Shown: positions 38,340 through 49,770 of the stretch, piece after piece
How positions within the stretch are numbered: the first letter of the stretch is position 1
How the letters are laid out: the number at the start of each line of letters is the position of its first letter
Origin: Lama guanicoe
Lineage: Eukaryota
Direction of reading: 5' to 3'
NCBI GenBank assembly: GCA_013239625.1
Contig: MU055600.1
Span: forward strand, 20,535,520-20,599,519
DNA: 64,000 nucleotides
Notes under the pieces: generated by a model
What the model was told of the DNA's origin: nothing
Databases searched by the model: none
The model's input: only the letters and a program-made list of their open reading frames with translations
Made by a program: the position numbers and the translations under genes

Positions 38340-38850
38340 CCTCCAGCGGCAGTGATTTGCGAGGACTCACAGGAGTCAGCGTGTGGCCGCACTCATGGCA
38401 GGGGAAGGACGCAGAGCCAAATCGGCAAAGGGAAAAGGCGGGCGGGAGAAGCCCAGGGGAAACCGGGTGCAAGCCTCCAAGCGTCCTCTGCCAGTGGGGC
38501 CGCACAGGACGCGCTCCCTGCCGCCAGCAGCAAGTTGTTAACGATACGTATGAAATGCCGTCCAGGGAAGCCCATCAGAAACTCGGTGTCTCAGGCTTTA
38601 CTGGGGGCTGGTCACGCAGACACCCTATTGCCCCAACATTCCAGACTCCCAGAAGAAAGCCAGGTGTTCAGCAAAAACCAGATCATGCAGACAGGACAGG
38701 CATGATGCGCGGCCTTTATCAGCCAGGGGGGTTTACATCAGCGCAGGGAACTGCTTGCTGGCCAGGTCCCCACACGCCAGCCAAAGGCCAACGTGACAAG
38801 CAGGCCTTTCTAAGGACAGCAGGCTCAGGCCTGTCATGGGAACCCTCCTG
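38340..38850. mobile_element. MER21-like LTR
   Basis: attccagactcccagaagaaagccaggtgttcagca and gccagccaaaggccaacgtgacaagcaggcctttctaaggacagcag. Confidence 0.65.
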
Positions 38851-40399
38851 CACGGGTGTATATGATTAAACTCATGTCCTCTGTACAGTAAACATACAAA
38901 GTTCTCATTCAAAAGCACAGGTTCAAATGCCACCAGCAACCGCTGCCACCTTCCTCTCCCGACATGGCCGCGGACGCAGCTCTCCACCAGGAGGACCAGC
39001 AGGCTGCGGCCGTCAGGAGCCTAGTGCTCCGAGCCGGCAAAACAGAACCCAGATCACAGCCCACCTCCCACCTCCCACCTCCACCATGCACCCTGACCCT
39101 CACTGGACTGGACTTTGGAGCAGCCCCCTGGCCTGCAGTGCTAAACAGCGCTCACACACCACCCCTTTCTCATCCTTCCTCAAACCTAAATGGACCAGAA
39201 TGGTGGTCCCAAGTCCTGGTTCCCAGACCTGGAGGGGTCACACCCCTCACCCTAAGGAACTGTTTCAGGGACCTTCCCGGAGGCAGCCACAGTGACGCTC
39301 AGGGGAGCCCGACCCTCTGAGCCACACGAAGGCCCCTTCACACGTGTCCCAGATCTGTCCCATCTCCTGCTACAGCTGGGATGTTACTGACTGATTTTTG
39401 CTTTCCTGACGCAAGCTGTTCCTCTGGCTCCGCCTGGGTCACCGTGAAGTTTTCTTTAGACAGTTTCTCAAATATCTTGTGATACATTGAACTCAGCCAC
39501 CCTGAAATTAGCCTTGAATCTATGCAATGACAGTGACTCAGTGGCTCTCAGACCCGAGGAAACCCTAACCCCCAGCCCTTTCCACACAGTAATGACTTTG
39601 CCCAGTTTCTTTTTCTTTTCTTTTTCCCAAAGGACAGAGTGTAGGAAAGCCGCGAGGGGAGATGAACCCTCTTGGGTCTTCCTAGCTCCATCAGTATGTC
39701 CATGAAAGCCAGAGTTGGGTGCCCCTCCACATCCAGAACACTAGCCCCAGTAGGAATTCCCCTTCTGTCCTCTTTTTTCTGCCAAACTGAGAATCTGGGC
39801 TGTCTGTGTGTGGGGCCGGGGGTGTTTCAGGACAAATGACATCATGCAGACCCACAGAAACAGATGTCCAGACTCTCTGTGCTCCACGAACGCAGCTTCG
39901 TGCCATCTACTGGAATGGAGACCGGCCAGGCCACCCCGAGGGAGTGTCCAAGGCGAGTGGGTGGGACTGCAACGCTGTCCATGCACTAGAACGGGAGGGG
40001 CCTGGGCTGGAACATGCCACGAGGACGTCCAGCAATGGGCGCGGAAGGCCAGCGCTCAGACCCACAGCAGGCAGAGTCTCTCGCCCGCTGAGCGGACCTG
40101 TGAGCGAGGCACTGAAGTAATTTTTCCACTCCACTTTGCCCTCCCCTCCCTCCAGAAAGGCAGAGGGTATTTTTAGCAGAGAAAATAAATGTCCCACAAA
40201 AAAGAACATAAAAATACCATACAGGGGACAGGGCACCCTCCCACCGGTTTCCAAGAGATTCCTAGAGTCGACCATGAAATGAAACAGGCTTCGAAGCCAG
40301 TCCTGGCGAAGTGGGCAGGCCCAGGCCACACCGGTCTGCGAGAGCCGCGAAGGAGACAGGACGTGGCCCGCGGAGCCCAGACGTGGTAGGGGGAGTGTG

Positions 40400-41450
40400 C
40401 AAGTGTGTGCGAGCCCGCAGAGCGCCCTGGCGCCTCTCCTTGCTGTCGGGGCGGCTTGTTCGCCAAACCCAACGACCCCTCCCCGTGCTCACCTTCCCTG
40501 ACATCTCTGTGGCGTCCGACACATTCCCTCTGCCCCGGGCCTCTGCGCGACGGTCCTGTCTTCAGGCTCCTCCACATCCTTGCCTCGAGCTTAACCGAGG
40601 CCCCAGTTTCCCCCCGGAACCTACTCTTCCTTCACCACCACCCCCGCACCTCAGTTAAAGTCACTTCCAGTCCCTCAGGCCAAAACCCCGGGGCCACCCT
40701 GACTCCTCCCTCTCACACTCCGCATCCAAACTGTTGGCAAATTCTGCTGATACACTGAGATCTTGCACCACCTCCACCGCTCTCCCCGGTCCACGCCACC
40801 ATCAGCTCTCACTCGCATGATGGCACACTGGCTTCCCGATGTGTCTTCCCGCCTTGATCGGGCCCCCCTTAGGCCACGAGCTTAACACAAAAATCTGATG
40901 GACAGTGTTAGGATGACAGTGAGGTAATGTCACTCTGCTCAAAGACTCCCAGCCTTGCACGGAGGGGAAACCAAAGTCCTCACCGTGGTCTTCAAGGCCC
41001 GGGCGGTCCAGTCCCTTCTCTCTTGCCTTTTCTCTTCCCCGTCAGCCTGGCGGTCACGCCGCCCCAGCCACGTGGGCTCCACGCAGGGTCTCACACTCGC
41101 CGGGCACACTCGTCTCGGGGCCCCGGCGCTGCTAGTCCCCCTGCCAACCACTTTCCCCCGGTATCAGCATGGCTCCCCCTTCGCTGTCTTCAGGTCTTTA
41201 TGCAGATGCCACTTCCTTGCTCGCTCCTTGGCCACCCTGGCATTTCTGTGTTCCTTCCTTCCTTTCCCTCCTTGCTGCTGTCACCACTTACCCCGCCCTG
41301 GAGTAAACGCCCCCATCCTGCCTGTCTGCCCCACTAGCGGGCAAGCCCCTCGACGGCGCAGACCCCGTCTCTTCCTGGTGGCCTTCGCTGCCGCACCTCT
41401 GGCAGAACCCTCCACTGAATCACAGAACGAAGGACGGCGCCACGTGCTAA
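40400..41450 (-). mobile_element. L2 fragment (GC-enriched)
   Basis: ctcaggccaaaaccccggggccaccctgactcctccctctcacac and gtcactctgctcaaagactccc. Confidence 0.65.
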
Positions 41451-44289
41451 ACCCCCACCACCTCTCCTGAGCTCCCCGCTCGAAACGCGGACACCACGCC
41501 GGTCTCATCTCCCGGCCCCGGGAGCTCCCCGAGCCGCGCATCCAGCCAAACGCGGCGGGGCTGCTTCCTCTCCCGACGCGGGTCTTCCTTCCGATGACTT
41601 AATTCAGTCTGTGCTGAAGTCAGAAACCACCGCAAACCTCTCAGAGTGAGGCAGGGCAAGCGGCTTCGACAAACTGCAGCCTCTACGTCCTCAGCTGTAC
41701 AGCAAGGGTAGTAACGCCCCCTCCCAGCAGGTGTTGTGAGAAGCAAGCCGACTGCGACAAGTCTGCTGGCGCCGGGCATGAAGCAGGTGCTCAGTTAACC
41801 CCCTCCCGCGCCCCGACGGCCACCGTGCCCCCAGGCCTGCCCCTCCCCGAACGCCTCCTCACCGCAGCACCGCGTGGTTCCAAACTCTGCACCTTCCTTC
41901 TCAAGGGGGAACCTTTCATCCAACCCAACCACAGAATCAAATACAGCCGAACCACGTGAACTCGCTTCACATGACCAGCCCAATGAGCCAATTTCTTAGC
42001 AGGAGCCGCTCAGGAAACACTCGGGAAGGCGAGGGCCCCGCCCGCCGCGAAGCGTGTGGCCGGTTCCTGGGCTGAGGAGGAGGAGCCCATGGGGCTCTCC
42101 GGGCCACCTGCAGACCTCCGAGCCCCATGGGCTCCTCCTTGTCTCGGGGCTGTTGGGAAAGCTGCCCCTTGAGCCTAGAACGCACCTTCCCCTCCTCCCA
42201 TCAAACAACCCCACACCCTTCAGGACCCTTAAGGCAGGCCAACATTCGAAAAGCCCGCAGAGCCCCCTCCTGCGCTCCCACCACCTCATCTGCTCGCCCC
42301 GCCCCGGCGTGGACGATGCCGAGCAGCACGGCTGTGAGCCCCGCTGGGCAGGGAGTGTCCTCCGCCTGAACTCAGGACCTAAGGTAGTATTTGGCACCCG
42401 GTCGGTGCTGAATACGTGTTTTTTGAATGAATGAACAAGGGAGTAAGTGAAAGAATGGACGATTCAATGCGCAAATGAAGAAATGCAACACTCCACCAGC
42501 CCACGTGGAGGTGCGGGAAGGCATGACCAGACTGGAGAGCATGCTATTAGGAACAGACCCAAGGCGGCACCCACGCCACCACCTCCCCCCACCGAGTCTC
42601 CTCTAACCCCCGCTTCACACAGCTGCTGCCTCTGAGCTGCCTCAGCCATCCCGGAGTCTTCCATTCCCATCTGGGGTCTGACTCCCCAAGCAGCAGTCCC
42701 AGATTCTGTGCCAGACTTAAGTTTTTCTTGCCCACGGCTCTTCCATTTGGATTTTGGCAGCCACCACTCCCTCCACAAGAGATCTCTTATTATACCTCTG
42801 GATCCGGGGAGTGTCTGTGTTCGGGGCACAGGCAACCCTTCTTGTTCAAGCTACATTCTGCAATTCCACCAACTGAAAGGCAAATCCTATAGTATCACGT
42901 TCGAGAAGGATTTTCGCAGGTTTGGTGAAGGTAAAGGCATCCTCCGTTCCCATGGAGATGTGGTATTTCACAGTGAGAAAGGACAGAGAAGAAAATTAAA
43001 GTTACCTGCCTTGAAATGTAGTCGAAAATGTGACACCCCGAAGCCCAGATGTGCAGGGCAGGAGCGGGCCCCCGCAGCCTCCAGCTCTCAGCTCAGTTTT
43101 CTCCCAGCCTTCGGCAAACACAACAGAGTGTGGTCACATTAACGAAGACCGGTGCTTGTCAGTCACCACGCAGTCTGGGCGCCACCCGGGCCGGCTGGGG
43201 GCACGCGGCGGCGATGCGCTTTACAAGCCCGTTCTCACCGCCCTGCTCCGCTTCACAGTTCATCCCGGCGTCTCGGCTTTCAAGCCAGTCCTTTTTCTCT
43301 AGAACCTGTGCTAAGGTTTAAAGGAAGTCTTTTGCTTTCCGCTCTTGTTTTACATTGTTGACTGAAGCCATAAAGTCACCAGACAGGAGAGCTGGAAAGG
43401 CCTTGGGAGACTATCTGGTCCACCCACCTCGTTTTATGGGCAAGGAAGCTGTCACAGGCGACTTCAGCTTTGGATTTTACGAGGCCTGTTTGTGTCAACA
43501 ACATGATTGACTGCTCTGCTCCTGAGACGGAAGATTCGTAAGGGGAAATATAAGAAAAGGTCAGTGCTCTTCCCCACGGGAGGGAGCATGGAGTAGCAGC
43601 TCTCACTGCTGTCACCGTTCCCGTGCCACCCCCCGCTACACAGTGTGCCCCTCCCTGGTGTCAGCCAACCACAGCAGGAGTGGCTGTCGGACGTCGCTGC
43701 TCTTCTTAGAGAGGAAAGTACCGGAAGGTCAGAGGTGACTCCCTGTCCACAGGGTGACTCAGACCGAGAGAAAGGACTGAGAGCCCTGAAGCAGTGAGAT
43801 GTCCAGTCGGCTGCACCCACTCCTCCCAAGGGGGGTTTCTCTTAGGAGTTCTGGCGTGGGGACACATAAATAAATAAGCTTCTGTACACTACTGCTGTTA
43901 CAGCCCCCCCCCCACTGAGCAGGGAGCCACAGAACGCGGCCATGAGGCATGGCTCGGTTTAGGAGCAGTGTACACCACAAGCTGTGGTGCGTGACACTGG
44001 AGGGCTGAAGCTCAGAGTCATTCTGCAAAAGGCACCAAGTTTAGAGCTAGGAAAGCAAAAGCAAAATCTGTTCACAGAGTCAGTGGAAAAGATCAGGAGT
44101 GGAGGACTGGGTTCATGTCAGCTCTGACGGCAGTGCCTGCCTGGAGTCCTGCATTGAGAAGGGCTGGGAGGCTGGGAGGCAGTGGACAGCAGGGCTGTTA
44201 CAGATTAATGATGCCTGAAGTAGGCTGGGCTGTTATAGATTAGCGATGCCTGCAGTAGGCCAGGGTGGAGAGGAACAGCAAGCATGCTA

Positions 44290-44450
44290 GACCTTTTCTT
44301 TTTCTTATCAGATTTAATTTTATTTTATACGAGAATTACATATATGCAGCTTTCAGTCAAATCGTGCTTCCACGGTTTACAATGTCAAACAGCAGTCCTC
44401 TTCCCCCAGGCTTGCCAGCAGGGCCCCCTCCTCACTGAAGAAACTGCGCC
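44290..44450 (-). mobile_element. L1ME 3' end fragment
   Basis: gtcaaatcgtgcttccacggtttacaatgtcaaacagcagtcctc resembles antisense L1ME 3'UTR. Confidence 0.45.
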
Positions 44451-44559
44451 AACAATAAACTTGGGTTACAGGGTGCTCTGGAAACATTAAACTTTGGAGA
44501 TTATTATGAGAAAAATTATGGGCGATTCAAGAATGAAAGCAAGAAGCTACTGGCCCTCG

Positions 44560-45710
44560 ATAGAGCACACAGGAAATAAAACACAAGATGGTAAGCTCCT
44601 TGACACAGGTCTTGGCAATGATTTTTTTGAATCTGACATCAAAAGTAAAAGAAACAAAAGCAAAAATAAACAAGTGGAGTCGTGGTAAACTAAAGAGCTT
44701 CTGCACAGCAAAGCCAGCCATCAACACGATGATGATGGGAAAAATATTTACAACTCACAACCTGATAAGAGGACAACATCCAAAGTATATAAAGAATTCA
44801 TACAACTCAGTAGTGAAAAAAAATACCCAATCTGATTGAAGAAGAGGCAAAAGATTTAAACAGACATTTTTTCAAAGACAAAGCCAACATGTACCTGAAA
44901 CAACGTTCAACATCACTACTCAAAGGGAAATGCAAATTAAAACCACAACGAGAGGTCACCTCACACTTGTTAGAATAACTATTATAAGAAACNNNNNNNN
45001 NNNNNNNNNNNNNNNNNNNNNNNNNNNNNNNNNNNNNNNNNNNNNNNNNNNNNNNNNNNNNNNNNNNNNNNNNNNNNNNNNNNNNNNNNNNNNNNNNNNN
45101 NNNNNNNNNNNNNNNNNNNNNNNNNNNNNNNNNNNATTCTACTTTTGGATATTTATCCAAGGAAAAGGCAAACACTAACTTGAAAAGACATATGCGCCTG
45201 CATGTTCACTGTAGCACTATTTACAGTGGCCAAGACACAGAAGCGACCTCCGTGTCCACTGATGGATGAACAGAAGGTACTGGGAGGTCAGGGGTCACTC
45301 CCTGTACCCAGGGTGATTCAGACTGGCAGAAGGGACTGAAGAGCTCTGAAGCAATAATTTTCTTTATCTGGAAAGTGACAGATAGATAGATAGACAGGCA
45401 GGCAGGCAGGCAGGCAGACAGAAAATGGAGTATTATTCAACCTTGAAAAACAATGAAATCTTCCCATTTGGGACAACATGGATGGACGTGGAGGGTATTA
45501 TGCTAAGTGAAACAGGCCAGACAGAGAAAAACAAACACCATATGATCTTTCTCATGTATGGAATCTAAACAGAAATGAAAACAAAAACAAAACCTCGGCT
45601 CACAGATCAGACAACAGATTGGTGGTTGCCAGAGGCGAGGGGCTGGGGTTCGGAGAAAATGGGTGAAGGAGGTCCAAAGGCAACAGAACAAACCAGAACA
45701 AACAAAAAAT
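44560..45710 (+). mobile_element. L1MA-like LINE-1 3' portion (ORF2 end and 3'UTR); assembly gap N 44993-45135
   Basis: aactaaagagcttctgcacagcaaag, gggaaatgcaaattaaaaccacaa and acaacatggatggacgtggagggtattatgctaagtgaaa; A-rich tail; least diverged L1 in the window. Confidence 0.9.
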
Positions 45711-46069
45711 ATCCCCTGAGGCTGTGTTTACATACTTTCATGCATCCCTTACCCACACAGTCACTCAATAAGTATTTAATGAAAGAATGAATAAACACCA
45801 TTTTAAAATTTCAACTTAATAGTCCAAGAATAGAAACAGAAAGAATTTTGCAAAAAAAAAAGGAACTATAAATCCACTTTTGTCATCCATCCAGGATGAC
45901 GACAGGGTAGGGCAGGTTGAAGGTAAACACTATCCATAGGCCAGAGCGAAGCCCTAAAATGACCACTTAACCACCATCAAGGAAAAGGGGTGGGCACAGT
46001 ACCTCAGCGGTGGTCGGGGTGTCAGTCCCCATGACCGGGGGAGAGGGGACTGGCTGAAGCACCTGGCCA

Positions 46070-48460
46070 CCCTAAAGAGGATGCTGAAATCTCTAATTCT
46101 ATTTGTAAATTCGCCAGTTTCTTCTTTCAGGTCCGTGAGTTTTTCACTTGATGTTTTCTGATCTGTGTTATTTGGTGCAAAAACACTGAGAACGGCCGTT
46201 TCCTCTGGCGAAATGACCCTGCGTATCCTGCTGAGATTATTTGCAGTGAAGTCGGCTTCGTGTGGTACTAGTGTAGGCACTCCAGCTTTCTTTTGATCAG
46301 TGCTATCTTGCTGTGTCTCTTCCACTCTTTTACTTTTAATTTATTGTGTCTTTATATTTAAAGCGGATTGCTTGCAGGCGCCCCATCGTTCGCTGTCGCT
46401 TTATCATCGACCTGACTTTTAACCTGGTCTTCGTGTCATCCACACTTCGTGCAATAAGTCATATGATTCTTCCTTCCTGTTGGATTTCTGTTTGTTCCAA
46501 CTGTTCGTTGTGAATTTTTTCCTATTTAATGACTTCTTTTGGATTAATTGCATGTTCTTCTGAATCCACTGTTTTTCTCCTTTGGGGACTTACTAGTTAC
46601 GACCCTGCGTGTGGCAGCTGTTCCAGAGCACACAGTCAACAGCGCTCACCGCCACAGTCCGCCTTCACACAGTGGCAGTCTCGTTACATATGTGCGTGTA
46701 CACACGTACGTGAAAGAGTTTCGCTCTGCCTACACGTCTGAGCACTAAGCAAACACGGAGCTGGCTTCCACAGCTCTCTCCTCCCTGGAACTCTGCCTCC
46801 ACGACTGTCAGCTGCCTCAGGCCCCCAGAGCCCCAGGCTCGGCTCCTCGGCCCAGGACACTGTGTTCTGCTCGCGAACTCCCTGCACGCCGCTGTTCGGA
46901 ACACACCTCCTGGCAGAGAGCTTCAGAGACGGAAGGCCCCGTCTCACTCGCTTCCCTCTCCTCTGGGATCACAGTCTTCATCTCCATATTCTCCCACATC
47001 TTAAAACAGTTGTTCTGCACATTCTGTCCAGTTTTTCTCTGTTTGAGGCAGGAGAGTAAATCTGGTTCCGAGATACATCTTTAACACAGTCGGATTCACT
47101 TTACGGGCGTTCATGGAGGATTTCTGCACTCATTTTCATAGCTGAACATGCCTGCCTGCCTACAGGGCCACGATTCCCTCTCGATTATAAACACAAACAC
47201 ACATGTGTACGAACGTGTGTCTGTGTGCGGGCGCTTCTCGCCCAGTTCTGGATTCAGTTACACCAGACTCTTAAAACACTACAATGATCGGGAAAGGCTT
47301 TGCTCTTTTTCTATTTTCTGGACTAGAATTAGGGAGCATCTGTCAATCTTCTGTGTTTGTCGTTAGAGCCTCCCTCGCCCTGGAGCCGCTTTAGGTCTGT
47401 TCTCCCCTAGTCCCCCGCCATGAAAATTTACTACCGCAGAGACACTGCGCCTCTGTCTATGTCCTGTGACCCTTCGGAGGATCACACACTGTTTTAACGT
47501 CTAAGACTCCCCCTCACTTTCCCAAAACCAGTGCATTTCTATCCCACTGAGAAGATACAAGATAGGGGTTACCTGTTCCTTAAAAATCCGTAAAGTCTGT
47601 AAAGCTTTCACCTAAAAAACTCCTCAGGCTGCGGCTTTCTGGGAGAAGAGAGCTTTGGTCACCATCTTGCTTCTTCAGTGCTTACTGGGCTGTTTGATAT
47701 TTATACTTATCCTTGAGCCAGTTGGGAATTTAAGTGTCAACTCAGAAAGGCAGAGCTGTCACTCGGGCAGGACACGCCCGCCTGGCACCCAGGCAGCACC
47801 CTTCTGAGCGGCACGGGCCCTCCCTGATGGGCCAGCACCAAGCTCTCCTTGTTGCTGAGTAATTTAAACACCACCTTGTAGAGCAAAATCTGTTTCATCT
47901 ACAGTTTCAAATATACTAGACCACAGTCTTCACAGCAGCCTTTTATTATTGTGAAATGCCTCACACACCCGCAGCGACTTCCTTTTTATCATCCTGCACG
48001 TTGTTTTATGTGATTAACCAGTCTTCCCAGAAGACCATCTTGTTTATCTTTTCAAGAAATTTAAAGATCGGCTTTTAATTTTGCGGACCTTCATTGCTGT
48101 GTGTTTTTACTGTTACTACATCTTGTATTATTACTGGTTCATTACTCTTTACTTTGATTTCTGCCCTTAATATTTCTTTCTTTCTGATTTCTTTAGTTTT
48201 GCTCTAATTTCCCTTTTCTTTCTTCTTGAACTAAACACTTAGCTCGTTAGTTTGCAATCTTTCTTGATTCCTGACACATTTATTTAAATTGATAAATTTC
48301 CTTCCAAATACCGTTTAGCTGTGTCCATAAATTTTGGCTTAAAATTCTTTGTTTATTCTGTTTTCTGTATTATCTTCTTGAATTCCTTTTTAATCTAAAG
48401 ATTATTTAGATGTATGCAATTTCATATCCAGACTTAAAGGATTTTAAAAATTATTATCAA
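46070..48460 (-). mobile_element. Old L1M fragments
   Basis: cactccagctttcttttgatcagtg...ttttacttttaatttattgtgtctttatatttaaag and ataaatttccttccaaataccgtttagctgtgtcccataaatttt. Confidence 0.7.
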
Positions 48461-48463
48461 GAA

Positions 48464-48943
48464 CTGTGAAGAGTCTTGGGTTTTACCTACTTGTATGCTA
48501 ACAAGGGAGCCAGCCACCGTATCAGAAACACTGGTGGAAGACACGAGACTCCTGGGTCAAAGACAAAGGACTTAATTTAATGACTTCATTTTCTTACTGG
48601 ATCTCTTTGCCTTCAAAATCCTACAAGAGGGATGCACGTGTGGGTCCAGGAGGGCGCTGCAAAAGCAGTGGGTTTCAGTCACGGTTGAGGGACCCTCAGG
48701 TTAGGAAACGCCAATCTTCCATAAAAGCCAACCTACCTAACATCTGCCCCACAGGGAGACACTATCTTCATCTTACTAGACAGCAAACAGACCTGCCCTC
48801 GGCCATGGAGGGAGATACTAGTTTTATTGTCCAAGGCTATGGGCTATACAAACACCCTTGGAAAGGTAGTCAAAAGCTGACAATGCCTCTGTGCAGAAGA
48901 CAAACAGAAACACAAGCGACCCATGGAGAATTGTCTTCGAACA
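48464..48943. mobile_element. ERV1-family solo LTR (MER90/MER110-like) inserted in L1
   Basis: tgtgaagagtcttgggttttacctacttgtatgctaacaag...agactcctgggtcaaagacaaaggact...gagaattgtcttcgaaca (TG...CA termini). Confidence 0.6.
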
Positions 48944-49619
48944 ATTCTTTTGCCACTATTTCTAACATGATTGCATCGTGGTTAGAGAATATGGTCTGTG
49001 TGATACTGACCTTCATGGAGGCTGGGGAGGGTTTCCAGGAATGAGAGCATCACACAGCCCAGAACCTGCAGACCAGCTCCATTCCCAGTTCCTTCGTCAG
49101 GCATCGCCTCCATCAGACAATCTCCCTTAAGTTCTTGGAGAGAAGCAGGTTATCTCCAAGGGGAAAGACACTTCTTAGGTTGAAATGCACTGTTGTTGAG
49201 GACACAAGCAGGAAGGGAATGAAGAAGCAAATGCCTCAGGGCAGCTGGTCATCATACCCGTGTTCTCACTGGATTCCCAACTTGGGAGGGTCTGAAATTC
49301 TCCCCACCTCCCCAGTCCTTCCATTTCCCCCACATGCATACCTGTTGGTATCGAGGCTGCTCTCGCTAATTTCCATTCCACGAAAGTGACGGGGCCAGAA
49401 GAGATCCTGCCAAGGCAACATAGGGGATAAGTCAGAGCAAAGTTCACCCTCTGTAGCTACACCCACCGCCCCGTGATGTGCCCGCCCCAGGCTGCCGTGC
49501 GCTTCCATCCATACCCACTCCCAGCTGTCTCTGGGCTCCTCGCGGCCTTTTCAAAGTGTTGATGTTAGTTCCACAGACTCTGCCTTCTCCTCTCCTCTGT
49601 CAATTTCTGACTGCATATT

Positions 49620-49770
49620 AGTTGGAACTGAGGAGTATTTAAAAAATTCTATTGCCTAAAATCTGCTTCTGAAGATTCTGCTACAAGTGGCCCAAGGAGT
49701 GCACGCCCCTGATCATCAACAGACCTGAAAGCTCCCTGGGTAATCCTAAGGTGCAACGGTGGTCTTCAGA
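49620..49770. mobile_element. MER5-like DNA transposon
   Basis: aagctccctgggtaatcctaaggtgca. Confidence 0.5.

Noticed and set aside
44290-44560. Apparent retrocopied mRNA 3' end (AATAAA plus A-rich tail on the minus strand)
   Set aside because: Better explained as an antisense L1ME 3' fragment; no coding part or target-site duplication.
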